59,659 nt of DNA from an uncultured Parcubacteria group bacterium (GCA_903911245.1 CAIWCR010000010.1:1-59659), one strand, 5' to 3'; shown: positions 9,765 to 19,738, counted from the first letter of the stretch. Notes: a model not told the origin generated them from the letters alone. Program-made: numbers and translations.

Positions 9765-9816
9765 GTGGATCCTGGCTCATTACTCCTCGAAGACGAGTCG
9801 TGTGGCCGGGATGACA
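9765..9816. repeat. REP-like palindromic element (copy A)
   Basis: GTGGATCCTGGC...GCCGGGATGACA ends match the copies at 37497, 40135 and 57464. Confidence 0.7.
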
Positions 9817-9838
9817 ATTATAAGGAATGAAAGCTATA

Positions 9839-10207
9839 TTACTGAAGTTCAACGGTTGCTCCCGCTTCTTCAAGCTTCTTTTTCATCTCTTCGGCTTCCT
9901 CTTTCTTCAGGCCTTCCTTTATTACTTTCGGAGCGGCATCAACCAAATCTTTCGCTTCCTTGAGACCAAGTGCCGTCACTTCACGAACAACCTTAATGAC
10001 GCTCAACTTACTTTCGCCACTTGATTTCAAAAGAACATTAAAGCTCGATTTTTCTTCCGCTGCCTCGCCTGCTCCAGCGCCTGCTGCTGCAACCGGTGCC
10101 GCTGCCGAAATACCAAACTTCTCTTCAAGCTTATGTACGAGCTCCGCGAGCTCCACGGCGCTCAAAGTCTCTATCTTTGAAATAATATCTTCTAAATGAT
10201 TTGCCAT
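9839..10207 (-). CDS. rplL: 50S ribosomal protein L7/L12
   Basis: [25 protein letters not shown] and [10 protein letters not shown] motifs. Confidence 0.98.
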   Translation of the reverse strand: MANHLEDIISKIETLSAVELAELVHKLEEKFGISAAAPVAAAGAGAGEAAEEKSSFNVLLKSSGESKLSVIKVVREVTALGLKEAKDLVDAAPKVIKEGLKKEEAEEMKKKLEEAGATVELQ

Positions 10208-10219
10208 TTGAATAATAAA

Positions 10220-10753
10220 TTATGCTTGCGTTAGCTCGACCTTTTTACTTTTTTCATCTAACACGTACAGTAACGATCTGATGGGACCAGCGAGCGCTCC
10301 CAAAAGCTGGGATAGCAACACTTCGCGTGGCGGAAGCTTTCCGATAAAAACAATCTGCGCAGCATCAAGAGTGCTTTCTTTTGCCATATCATATCCTCCC
10401 AAAAGATGCTTTACCCATGTATCTCTCGGCATTCCTTCCGGAATCTCAAGAGAAGAAAAGAACTTAAATGTCGGCGCAACCGCCTTTTCAATATCATTTT
10501 CAGAAAAAACAGTTCCAACGGAAGTCTTCAGGCTCGCAAGATCAACATCAATCCCCTTTTCTTTTAAAGCAATCGATAAGAGACGCTTCTTAATAACAAG
10601 AAACTGCGCGTCATTCTTTTTAAGCTCTCTGCGCAATTTTCTTACATCTTCCGCGGGAATCTTTGTAAAATCAGTAAACACCAAAGCATGACTTTTTTTC
10701 AAAAGCTCTTTTGCGCGTGTAAGCTCCTCTGTTTTTTGTATTTTTGTTTTCAT
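10220..10753 (-). CDS. rplJ: 50S ribosomal protein L10
   Basis: LRRELKK..VIKKRL and LPPREVLLSQL motifs; directly upstream of rplL. Confidence 0.93.
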   Translation of the reverse strand: MKTKIQKTEELTRAKELLKKSHALVFTDFTKIPAEDVRKLRRELKKNDAQFLVIKKRLLSIALKEKGIDVDLASLKTSVGTVFSENDIEKAVAPTFKFFSSLEIPEGMPRDTWVKHLLGGYDMAKESTLDAAQIVFIGKLPPREVLLSQLLGALAGPIRSLLYVLDEKSKKVELTQA

Positions 10754-10769
10754 TGTATTAATAAATTAA

Positions 10770-10878
10770 AAACGGCCCCTCCAAAGGCCATCGAAATAAA
10801 CAAAATCTTTTGTTTATCCTCGGCAGGATTTACGCGCCTCTCGAAAAAGCCTCAAGGCAAAACCTACTGTCTTTGGAA
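10770..10878 (-). ncRNA. Ribosomal protein L10 leader (autoregulatory element)
   Basis: Minus strand CCAAAGACAGTAGG...TAAATCCTGCCGAGG matches the recognisable L10-leader pattern, in the rplJ 5' UTR. Confidence 0.75.
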
Positions 10879-10885
10879 TGGGTTC

Positions 10886-10913
10886 ATTATACATGAACAT
10901 AGCCCACTGTCAA
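10886..10913 (-). promoter_or_regulatory. Sigma70 promoter of rplJL
   Basis: TTGACA-16 nt-TATAAT on the minus strand, just upstream of the L10 leader. Confidence 0.75.
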
Positions 10914-11011
10914 TAAGTTGCCATTACCGTAGGGCGTCTCTTGTGTCATTATCCCTTTTCCCTTACAATGAGACCAAAGAAAAAGAAGCGGCATAATTCT
11001 ATAACACTCCC

Positions 11012-11518
11012 ATACTTAAGCCACGAATCAACAATCAAATAATCGCTCCCGAGCTCCGCGTCATTGACGAGAAAGGAGAAAATCTTGGCGTCTTGAAACG
11101 TGAAGATGCCCTTCTTCTCGCAAAACCAGAAGAAGGAATTGATCTTATTGAAATCTCAGCAAACGCCGTACCGCCCGTCGCGCGACTCATGAATTACGAC
11201 AAGTATCGCTACGAAGAAGAGAAGCGTGAAAAGAAAGAACGACTCGCCCAAAAAGGCGCTCTGGCAAAACAAGTTCAGATAAGCGTGCGCGCGGCAAAGA
11301 ACGATCTCCTTATGAAAGCAAAACAAGCAGAAAAATTCCTTAACGAAGGACGTAATGTGGAAATTGCTATCCGTCTCCGTGGACGTGAAAAATACAACCA
11401 ACCATGGGTCTATCAGAAGCTCGATGAATTCCTTGCCATGATTCCCGTTGAATACAAGCGAATCTCCGAACCGCGCTTTGGCGGCCGGGGAATGAGCATG
11501 CAGATCGTGAAAAAGTAG
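11012..11518 (+). CDS. infC: Translation initiation factor IF-3 (probable non-canonical ATA start)
   Basis: Conserved PRINNQIIAPELRVIDEKGENLG lies in frame upstream of the TTG at 11093. An in-frame TAA sits at 10994-96. IRLRGRE motif present. Confidence 0.92.
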   Translation: MLKPRINNQIIAPELRVIDEKGENLGVLKREDALLLAKPEEGIDLIEISANAVPPVARLMNYDKYRYEEEKREKKERLAQKGALAKQVQISVRAAKNDLLMKAKQAEKFLNEGRNVEIAIRLRGREKYNQPWVYQKLDEFLAMIPVEYKRISEPRFGGRGMSMQIVKK

Positions 11519-11521
11519 TCT

Positions 11522-11550
11522 TTGACTTTCGTTTCCAAATTTAATACCAT
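11522..11550 (+). promoter_or_regulatory. Sigma70-like promoter with no downstream ORF
   Basis: TTGACT-17 nt-TACCAT immediately after the infC stop codon. Confidence 0.55.
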
Positions 11551-11555
11551 CAGCG

Positions 11556-11872
11556 TATCTGCAGCAAGCTTGGCTATGCTTTCTGCTTCTTCAAGGGAAA
11601 TTGAGCTAGCTATTCAAAATCCTTGAAGTGACAAAGATTGGCTGCCGCGCATGATTCAGGGGACCTAGTAGCGACGAGTGAACGGTCGTGTACACACCGC
11701 CCTGGACATTCTTGTGACTCGTTTATTCCATAAAAAAATTACGAGAACGAGCAGGCAGGATCATGCAGGCCGCCGCAAGAAGAACGTTGGGAGTGTCGCG
11801 GAGGACGCGACGAGCGAATAACTTTTTATTCACGAACTACCCCAACGCCGCTCTTCTTGCGGCTTTTCTTTT
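11556..11872 (+). ncRNA. Putative structured non-coding RNA of unknown family
   Basis: Three nested multi-stem domains, GC-rich relative to flanks, own promoter, closed by a 12-bp stem plus U-tract; no ORF of 60 aa or more. Confidence 0.55.
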
Positions 11873-11880
11873 CGAAAAAA

Positions 11881-12609
11881 TTAATTGTATTCTACCGGAA
11901 CGCTTTCGAATTTCATTTTCGCTATAACAATGTGATCAAGAAGACTGATGCCGAGAATCTTTCCCGCTTCAACAATTTGTTTTGTAATTACAATATCCGG
12001 CTCACTGGGACTTGCTATTCCTGACGGATGATTATGCGCAAGAATCACTGCCGTCGCAGAATATTCCAACGCTGGACGAAATACTTCACGCGGATGAATA
12101 ATATTCGACGTCAAAATCCCAATGGAAATCACTTCGTCATGAATAAGCTGATAATGGCTATCCAAATATAATCCGCGCAAATGTTCTTTTTGAAGGTCCT
12201 GCATATCTTTCAAATAATCGTATACCTGACTCGCCGTCCTTATCACGATTGGCGCACCGCCATTCGACATTTTAAAAAATCTCCTTCCTAATTCAAAACA
12301 CGCAACCACCTGGCACGCTTTCGCAATAGGAATCCCAAGAAGCTCGCTCACCTTTTTAGGATCCTCTTGATTTAAAATAACGCTATTGCCATATTCCTTG
12401 AGTAAGCGACGCGACATCGCAAGAACGTCCTCTTTCTTAGTACCGACATTCAAAATAACTACAAGGAGTTCGACAACAGAAAGACTAATCGAGCCATATT
12501 TAATCAGCTTCTCCCGGGGTCTCTCCTCGGCAGGTAAATCACGAAACTTCAGAACATATATCTTCTCAGGATTCTCCAAAATCATATCCCCTTCTCTTTG
12601 AATATACAT
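11881..12609 (-). CDS. radC: RadC family JAB-domain protein
   Basis: ERPREKL, IIHPREVF and AHNHPSG...SEPD motifs. Confidence 0.93.
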   Translation of the reverse strand: MYIQREGDMILENPEKIYVLKFRDLPAEERPREKLIKYGSISLSVVELLVVILNVGTKKEDVLAMSRRLLKEYGNSVILNQEDPKKVSELLGIPIAKACQVVACFELGRRFFKMSNGGAPIVIRTASQVYDYLKDMQDLQKEHLRGLYLDSHYQLIHDEVISIGILTSNIIHPREVFRPALEYSATAVILAHNHPSGIASPSEPDIVITKQIVEAGKILGISLLDHIVIAKMKFESVPVEYN

Positions 12610-12655
12610 TATTATTTTTTATAAACCGCAGCAGTTATTTAAACAGCGGTTTTAA

Positions 12656-14833
12656 TCATTGTAATCCTGGCATAATAAGTTTTTCCGGTTTATATACAAC
12701 ATGAATGGGTAAACGAATAATAAAACAGCTCCCCCTTTCCGCTTCGCTTTCTGCTGTTATTGTTCCATCATGTGCTTCGATAATCTGACGGCAGATATAA
12801 AGCCCAAGACCAGTTCCGCTCGATCCGTTACCATCAATCTTATAAAATCTCTCGAAAATATGCGGGAGATTTTTTCGAGAGATTCCCGATCCTGTATCTG
12901 TAACAGAAATCTCAACTTCATCACCGATCGTTTTCCCAGAAAGCAAAATAGTACCTCCTGGAGACGTATATTTCAAAGCATTGCTGATTAAATTTAAAAG
13001 AACCTCTCTTAGCTTATCTGTATTTCCAAAAACAAAACATTTCTCGCTTGAAAATGAAATAATAACTCCCTTCTCTTTTGTCAAAACAAAACAGTCGTCA
13101 TACGATTCCTCCAATAATTTTTCTACATCAATTCGCCGTTTTTCAAGATTCGCTTTAGAAGAATTTAATTGTGCAATATTAAGAACGCTGCCAACAAGAC
13201 GAGAAAGACGATCCAGGGTCATTCTTATGGTGTAAAACTCATTCTCTCCTTTTTTATTATATGTTTTTTCTAAGCACTCTATATTTCCTCTCAAAATAGA
13301 AAGTGGTGTTTGAAATTCATGAGAAACGTCGGCCAAAAACCTCGACTGTCCTTCGTGCATATTTTTTATCCTCTCAGTCTTTTTATATACTCGCTCTTCA
13401 AGCTCTTTCGCGTGTCGCTGTATAGCGTCATACAATATTGCATTTTCAATTGCTATACCCGCCTGATGCGAAACAATCCATAATAATTCCTTATCCTTTT
13501 TAGACAACGCCCACCCCGATTTTTTATTACCAAGCAATAAAATGACTCTCGCCCTTCCTTTCAGAAAAAACGGAATAATCGCAGCAATTCCTTCGTTTTT
13601 GGCCATTGAACAAAAAGATTGATACTGTTTTGCTCTTTTCTGTTGAGTGTCCCTTGCTCCAAGTTCTAATTCTTTAATAAAGACACTTTTCATAGAAAGC
13701 GATTCAAAAGCAGAAATAATTTCCTTATAATTATTTTCCGAATCAACCAATACCTCTTTTTGCGCACCAACATCAAAAAAATAACTCACGCCCCCATCGT
13801 CAAAAAAGAAAATTGCTTTTTCTAGCTTAATAGTCTGTATCAAAAAGCTGCCCACCGATCTAAAAAGTTCATTAAGATTTATCGTTGAATAGATGACCCC
13901 ACCAAGTTCACGAATAGCGCAAAAACAATCATAATCACCACGAAAGAAAAAAGGATTAGTCGCCTCATCAAATTCACGTCTAAGATAGGGAAAACCCCAA
14001 ATACATGCCGCTGTAGTAAGGACGCCACTCACGGGATAAGCAAGTCTGTCGTTTTCATAAAGAAACTCTTGAAGAAAAAAGTGAATATTTAAATATGCTA
14101 AGGCAATTATAAAAATAGCCACTACGTACATCGCACCTCTTCGAATAACGAACCGAATATCCATAAATTGATGGCATACAATTGAATAAGCGATGCTTCC
14201 AATAAATATAAGAGAAAAAAGAGAACTGATTAAAATAAGATGAACATCATAAAATACGAATAGAAAAAAATCACAAACCGTCACTACTGAAAGAAACAAT
14301 CCCGTGCCAACAACAAAAGGAAGAAGTCTAATTCTCACACACAAAGCAAGCTTAAAATATTTTTTTAAAAATTTGAAAAAACTCCACGCCACATACCATA
14401 TCATCACCATTGAACGAACCGGAAAAAGGACTCCCGTGATGGCGTCGAGATATCCGTCACCATCAATATCGAGAAAACGAATAATAAATCTCGAAAACGT
14501 AAAAAGGAAAACAACAAGCCATGGAATTAGAAAAAGTAGAAAATCATTTCTCTTCTTTTTGTCGATTTTTACATCATACGGAAAATACTCCGCAAGAAGA
14601 ACAAATCCTAAAACCATAATTTCCGTCCCACATAATGCGGGCCTGAAAAACATAAAACTTTTTCCCAAATAAGCACAATTAATACAAAACATCCACAGCA
14701 CGGCACCAAAAGTAAAAATAAAAAAGGATCTATTTAGTGCATTTCTAGGATTATCAACAAGAACAAGGAAAGCAACCGCCATATTAAGACAAATAACGAC
14801 ATATTGAAGAAGCAATCCGCTATCTATAAACAT
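12656..14833 (-). CDS. Multi-TM sensor histidine kinase with GAF-like domain
   Basis: Many N-terminal TMs; AGIAIENA, DVSHEFQTPL (H-box), NLISNALKY, DTGSGI and GTGLGL. Confidence 0.92.
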   Translation of the reverse strand: MFIDSGLLLQYVVICLNMAVAFLVLVDNPRNALNRSFFIFTFGAVLWMFCINCAYLGKSFMFFRPALCGTEIMVLGFVLLAEYFPYDVKIDKKKRNDFLLFLIPWLVVFLFTFSRFIIRFLDIDGDGYLDAITGVLFPVRSMVMIWYVAWSFFKFLKKYFKLALCVRIRLLPFVVGTGLFLSVVTVCDFFLFVFYDVHLILISSLFSLIFIGSIAYSIVCHQFMDIRFVIRRGAMYVVAIFIIALAYLNIHFFLQEFLYENDRLAYPVSGVLTTAACIWGFPYLRREFDEATNPFFFRGDYDCFCAIRELGGVIYSTINLNELFRSVGSFLIQTIKLEKAIFFFDDGGVSYFFDVGAQKEVLVDSENNYKEIISAFESLSMKSVFIKELELGARDTQQKRAKQYQSFCSMAKNEGIAAIIPFFLKGRARVILLLGNKKSGWALSKKDKELLWIVSHQAGIAIENAILYDAIQRHAKELEERVYKKTERIKNMHEGQSRFLADVSHEFQTPLSILRGNIECLEKTYNKKGENEFYTIRMTLDRLSRLVGSVLNIAQLNSSKANLEKRRIDVEKLLEESYDDCFVLTKEKGVIISFSSEKCFVFGNTDKLREVLLNLISNALKYTSPGGTILLSGKTIGDEVEISVTDTGSGISRKNLPHIFERFYKIDGNGSSGTGLGLYICRQIIEAHDGTITAESEAERGSCFIIRLPIHVVYKPEKLIMPGLQ

Positions 14834-14836
14834 CGC

Positions 14837-15508
14837 TTATTCTTCTAGTTTATATCCGTATCCATGAACTGTTTTCAACAGCTTTTTTTCACGACCGTCA
14901 TCAATTTTCTCTCTTAAAAATCGTATGTGGACATCTACTGTGTTAGTAAACGGATCAGCATTCATATCCCACACATGATCCAATATCATGTTTCGAGTAA
15001 GTACTATTCCAGGATTTCTCATAAAATATTCGAGTAAGGCGAATTCTTTACGATTCAGAACAATAGGCCTACCAAGACGAGTAGCGACATGTGTTCGCGT
15101 ATCCAAAGAAAGGTCGCCAACAATAAGAATCTGCTCCGTTATCTTCTTTTCTCTCCTCAAAAGCGCACGGATACGCGCAGTAAGTTCCGCCATAGAAAAT
15201 GGTTTTGTTAAATAGTCATCAGCACCAAGATTGAGTGCATCAATCTTGGTTTGCGCGTCACTCGTCACTGAAAGTATAATAACGGGGAAAATCTTTCCTT
15301 TGGCACGGACTTCTTTAAGAATAGAAAGCCCATCTTGTCCCCCTGAAAGCCTTATATCAAAAATCCCTGCATCATAGGGATTAACTTTTGCCCAAAGAAG
15401 TCCTTTCTCGGCAGTGTTTGCCCAATCAACCGCAAAACGCTCGGACTGTAAGCCCTTTAAAACAAAATCTGCTATTCCTTTTTCATCCTCGATGAGCAAT
15501 ATGCGCAT
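14837..15508 (-). CDS. OmpR-family response regulator
   Basis: MRILLIEDE taken as the start; GADDYLTKPF and NTVDVHIRFLREKI winged helix. Confidence 0.93.
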   Translation of the reverse strand: MRILLIEDEKGIADFVLKGLQSERFAVDWANTAEKGLLWAKVNPYDAGIFDIRLSGGQDGLSILKEVRAKGKIFPVIILSVTSDAQTKIDALNLGADDYLTKPFSMAELTARIRALLRREKKITEQILIVGDLSLDTRTHVATRLGRPIVLNRKEFALLEYFMRNPGIVLTRNMILDHVWDMNADPFTNTVDVHIRFLREKIDDGREKKLLKTVHGYGYKLEE

Positions 15509-15663
15509 AAGTATGAAACCTTTATTTTTATAGATAATACGCCAATACCACAATGCCCGCAATAAACACCGTCTTATTCTCCCATATCAAACATTAAAAA
15601 AATCTAAAATCCCCAAGGCCCATAAATCAAGCCAATTTGAACAAAATATGCTACTATAAAACC

Positions 15664-16722
15664 ATGGATGACAAAAAAACAATTGCTATTATAAAAAAGG
15701 TAATGCCAGCGGTAGTTTCGATTGATATCGCAAAAAACGTTTCCGACATCGAGAAAGAATTTCCACAAGAATCATCGCCCGCCGTGTCGGAATCATCAAA
15801 TGGAAAACCAATAGAAAAGCTTGGAATTCCCGATTTCATGATTGATAAGCGCGGCATGGTAGAAGTCGGCGGCGGTTCGGGGTTTATTGTAAGTCAAAAC
15901 GGTATCGTTCTTACCAACAAGCACGTCATAAGCGACCCCAAAGCTGAATACACCGTAATTCTCAATGACGGACGGAAGTTTCCAGCAGTAATATTAAGCC
16001 GCGATCCTATCAATGATATCGCAATTCTCCAAATCCCTTCGGAAAAACTCCCCTATCTCAAACTTGGTGACGCCACAAAGCTTGAACTTGGACAAAGCCT
16101 TATTGCCATCGGCAACGCCCTTGGCATTTTCAAAAACACCGTTTCGGTTGGTATCGTTTCGGGGCTCTCGCGCTCGATTATGGCACAAGCCGATCCAAAT
16201 GCACCACCACAAGAAATGCGCGGACTCATCCAAACTGACGCCGCCATCAATCCCGGAAACTCAGGCGGTCCGCTTGTTGACGTAAATGGTCTCGTCATCG
16301 GTGTTAACGCCGCCATTGTTTCTGGCGCACAAAGCATCGGCTTTGCAATCCCCATCAACGCAGCAGAACGCGACCTTAATGATATGAAACGCTACGGCCG
16401 CATTCGTCGTCCCCTTCTCGGTCTTCGCTATATCATGATCAATGACACCTTGAAAGAAAAAATGAATTTGCCGATAAATTATGGCGCGCTCGTAACGAAA
16501 GAAAGCGAACATGATGGCGGTGTCGTACTGGGAAGTCCTGCTGAAAGGGCAGGCCTGAAAGAAAACGATATCATTCTTGCAATTGGCGACAAAAAACTCG
16601 ATTGCAATCACCCCATACAAGATTTTCTTGAAAACATGAACGTTGGGGATGTTATTGAACTTGCTGTTCTTCGTGACGGAAAACAAATTTCTGCGAAGAT
16701 TACGCTTTCGGAAAGAAAGTAA
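15664..16722 (+). CDS. HtrA/DegP-like trypsin serine protease with PDZ domain
   Basis: GSGFIV, LTNKHV, IQTDAAINPGNSGGPL and GSPAERAGL motifs; start taken at MDDKK. Confidence 0.93.
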   Translation: MDDKKTIAIIKKVMPAVVSIDIAKNVSDIEKEFPQESSPAVSESSNGKPIEKLGIPDFMIDKRGMVEVGGGSGFIVSQNGIVLTNKHVISDPKAEYTVILNDGRKFPAVILSRDPINDIAILQIPSEKLPYLKLGDATKLELGQSLIAIGNALGIFKNTVSVGIVSGLSRSIMAQADPNAPPQEMRGLIQTDAAINPGNSGGPLVDVNGLVIGVNAAIVSGAQSIGFAIPINAAERDLNDMKRYGRIRRPLLGLRYIMINDTLKEKMNLPINYGALVTKESEHDGGVVLGSPAERAGLKENDIILAIGDKKLDCNHPIQDFLENMNVGDVIELAVLRDGKQISAKITLSERK

Positions 16723-16780
16723 AGTTTTTATCCCCCTTCGCTAAAGCTTCGGAGGGATTCGATTCGCGATATCGCGAATC

Positions 16781-18079
16781 TCACATATGACTCAATGTAA
16801 AGAACATCGCAACTGCCGCGGTTCCCATAAGAACAAATGTTCCCCAGACAAAGAGATGTGAAAGTATTCCACTCTTATATTCACCCATAATTTTTTTATT
16901 TCGCGCGATCTTCGCAATAAGAAAAATGAGTGGTACCGCGACGACGCCGTTAAAAACGGCGGTAAAAACAAGTGCTTTCATCGGATCGATGCCTATAAAG
17001 TTGATAATAAGCCCGACAATGGTTGCGATCGTAATCACGCCATAAAATCCATGCGCCTGTTTGAATTTAAAATTCAAACTATCCTTCCAGTTAAACGCTT
17101 CTGAAACCGCATACGACGCCGACGCCGAAAGTACTGGTACGCCCAAAAAACCAAGACCTAAAACGCCAGTCGCAAAGATAAGTTTTGCAAGAAATCCCGC
17201 ATTGGGAAACGTATGGACAAGTGGCTCCAGTGCTTTTGCGGCGTCCGCCGCCGTTGCAATATTGGTCACGCCGTTTGCGTGCAATACGGTCGCGGCAACA
17301 ACAATAATGGACCACGTAGCAATTTCCGATGACAACATCCCAACAAACGTATCAATCCGCAAGAATTTTATAAAAGATTTCGAAACATGAACTTTTCCGT
17401 TTTTTATAAGTCCCTTCTCCCGTTCTTCTTCAACCTCCTCCGATGCTTGCCAGAAAAACATATACGGAGAAATTGTTGTTCCAAAAACACCAGTGATAAT
17501 AAAGAAAAACGCAAAACTGAATTCAATATGAGGAATAAATGTCGCTCTGAGTAATTCTCCCCATGGTTCATTTACAAGAAACACCGTCAAGAGATAGGCA
17601 AATAAAGAAAGCGTAAGCCATTTCAGAATTTTCGCATACGATTTATAGGATAAAAATATTTCAAGAAACAAAATAAGTGCCGTAAAAAGGAGAATAAGGA
17701 TAGGAACATCAATAGGAATTACCAAATGTGCTGCCGCGCCCATCGCACCAAGGTCAGCGCCGATATTAATTGTGTTCGCTATAACAACAAGAAAAACCAT
17801 CCCGTAAAGGATTTTTTTGCTATAGTGCTCTTTTACAACGCCGGCAATTCCCTTCCCTGTCACAGCCCCTATGCGAGCGCACGCTTCTTGAATTGCGGTC
17901 TGAAACGGTAACATCAATACCGCAGTCCACAACTGACCGTATCCGAATTGCGCACCGGTCTGAGAATACGTTGCTATTCCTGACGGATCGTCATCCGCAG
18001 CTCCCGTAATAATGCCAGGGCCAACAATATCGAAAATTTTTCTCCGGCCTTTCCGCTTCTTTTTTATTTCTTCTGCCAT
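16781..18079 (-). CDS. NRAMP-family divalent metal transporter
   Basis: GPGIITGAADDDPSGIATYSQTGA and GTTISPYMFFWQ motifs; about 11 TMs. Confidence 0.9.
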   Translation of the reverse strand: MAEEIKKKRKGRRKIFDIVGPGIITGAADDDPSGIATYSQTGAQFGYGQLWTAVLMLPFQTAIQEACARIGAVTGKGIAGVVKEHYSKKILYGMVFLVVIANTINIGADLGAMGAAAHLVIPIDVPILILLFTALILFLEIFLSYKSYAKILKWLTLSLFAYLLTVFLVNEPWGELLRATFIPHIEFSFAFFFIITGVFGTTISPYMFFWQASEEVEEEREKGLIKNGKVHVSKSFIKFLRIDTFVGMLSSEIATWSIIVVAATVLHANGVTNIATAADAAKALEPLVHTFPNAGFLAKLIFATGVLGLGFLGVPVLSASASYAVSEAFNWKDSLNFKFKQAHGFYGVITIATIVGLIINFIGIDPMKALVFTAVFNGVVAVPLIFLIAKIARNKKIMGEYKSGILSHLFVWGTFVLMGTAAVAMFFTLSHM

Positions 18080-18154
18080 ACATTCATTATAACAAAATTT
18101 TACACTCTGTCACCATTCTTTTCAGTAAAACAATAAAAAAGTGGCCGCCCCTCT

Positions 18155-18883
18155 TCAGGGCAACCACAAAGTACAAAGAGAACAGTTATTCAGCGTTACC
18201 AAAATTCTTGTTGGTAGATGTAGATTCCCCAATCTCAGCAAATAAGAAAGCGCAATATCGACACCAACAAGAAAAAAGAAAAGAAATGCAGCAACAAAAA
18301 TAATTGTCATTGCTTCGATTGCCAATGCAATAAAAGCAATAATCAATCCGAGGCCAAGCGACACCGACATTCCAATAAGAAGCCCCGTACCCAACACCGT
18401 CCCCACGGTAGTACTTAGTCCAGGGAAAAACCCCTTATCCCAAAACGTCCATAGTGCCGCAATCGCCCCCGAAGATAGTGCACACAAGACGGAAAGGCCA
18501 AGGGTCCCGCCATGAATCGTCACCCTTATTCCCACCCCGATGCAAAAAGCGATAAAAAAACCTGAAACAAGACTATTTTTCGAATCAGCATCATCAAAGA
18601 TCCAGCCAGTAGAAACCCAAATAAGAGCGCCTGTCCAAAACGAAGAAAATAAAACGTTTGTCCACCATGGGAAAGAGAGGTAAAGCGGCAGTTGAATCAC
18701 CCAGTCTTTTTCCCAACGGATACTTGTAACTGTTGGTGGTATTGAACCGGCTTTTAGACATAGAATTGCGCCCATTATCAACGCAGCGATAACCATTGTC
18801 CAAAGTGACCACTCGACTACTAAAGACCATCTTTTTCTTTTTTCCACAATTACCCTCCCCTTTCTTTCGTGCTTTTTGCACAA
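18155..18883 (-). CDS. Hypothetical multi-pass membrane protein
   Basis: 242-aa ORF with several Gly-rich hydrophobic helices; start uncertain. Confidence 0.55.
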   Translation of the reverse strand: MCKKHERKGRVIVEKRKRWSLVVEWSLWTMVIAALIMGAILCLKAGSIPPTVTSIRWEKDWVIQLPLYLSFPWWTNVLFSSFWTGALIWVSTGWIFDDADSKNSLVSGFFIAFCIGVGIRVTIHGGTLGLSVLCALSSGAIAALWTFWDKGFFPGLSTTVGTVLGTGLLIGMSVSLGLGLIIAFIALAIEAMTIIFVAAFLFFFLVGVDIALSYLLRLGNLHLPTRILVTLNNCSLCTLWLP

Positions 18884-19009
18884 ATTTCTTTCCTAAAAAA
18901 ATTATAAAAGAGCCATTCTGCTGACTATTTTATACACCACATGCGATCTTACGTCAAGAAACGACGTCAAGCCTATTGATGTCTTGAAATTAATTGACGC
19001 AATGATACA

Positions 19010-19738
19010 ATGAGCACAATATTAATTATGAAAGCATCAATCGTTATTCCTGCTTTTAATGAGGAAAAAAATATTTCTTCGGCGATTAAAGCTGCCTTGG
19101 CACAAGATTATTCCGATTTCGAAGTCATCGTCGTCAATAACGCAAGCACCGACAATACCGCAAAAATTGCTTCTCAGTTTCCGGTTACCCTCGTCTCCGA
19201 ATCACGCAAAGGACTGCTTTATGCCCGCGAAAAAGGCCGTCAAACCGCTACGGGCGATATTATTGCAAATATAGACGCCGACTGCCTACCATCTCCTCAT
19301 TGGCTTTCAACGGGCATCCCATTATTCAAAAATCAAAACGTGGTTGCCGTTTCGGGACCATATGATTATTACGATGGAGGAAAAGTTTTTAGAGCCATCT
19401 CGCTTGCTTTGCAGAAAACTGTTTTCACACTCGTCAATAAGCTTTTTGTTTCGCTTCGACGCGGCGGAACAATTATCGGAGGTAATACCCTTCTTCGTGC
19501 TGCAGCCCTCGAAAAAGCAGGAGGATACGATACCTCAATTCTTTTTTACGGCGAAGATACTGATACCGCACAACGCGTTTCTAAATATGGAAAAATAATT
19601 TTCAATCCTCGCTTAACAATGCCCACCTCGGCTCGTCGATTCAAAGCCGAAGGCACCCTTAAAATAACCCTTTTATACTTCCTCTATTTTTTCAGGATAA
19701 CGTTTTTACATCTTTTTCCTAAAAAAAAGAAATCATAG
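19010..19738 (+). CDS. Glycosyltransferase family 2
   Basis: SIVIPAFNEE, NNASTDNT, IDAD and GEDTD motifs. Confidence 0.92.
   Translation: MSTILIMKASIVIPAFNEEKNISSAIKAALAQDYSDFEVIVVNNASTDNTAKIASQFPVTLVSESRKGLLYAREKGRQTATGDIIANIDADCLPSPHWLSTGIPLFKNQNVVAVSGPYDYYDGGKVFRAISLALQKTVFTLVNKLFVSLRRGGTIIGGNTLLRAAALEKAGGYDTSILFYGEDTDTAQRVSKYGKIIFNPRLTMPTSARRFKAEGTLKITLLYFLYFFRITFLHLFPKKKKS

Noticed and set aside
11556..11872. RNase P RNA, tmRNA, SRP RNA or rRNA fragment as the identity of the structured region
   Set aside because: No GAGGAAAGUCC, no tRNA-like ends or T-loop, no SRP GGAA-loop motif; 16S similarity is limited to 14 nt.
18950..19000. Repeated ACGTCAAG/TTGACG motifs between divergent genes
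   Set aside because: Short, and could simply be -35 boxes; no further support for an operator.
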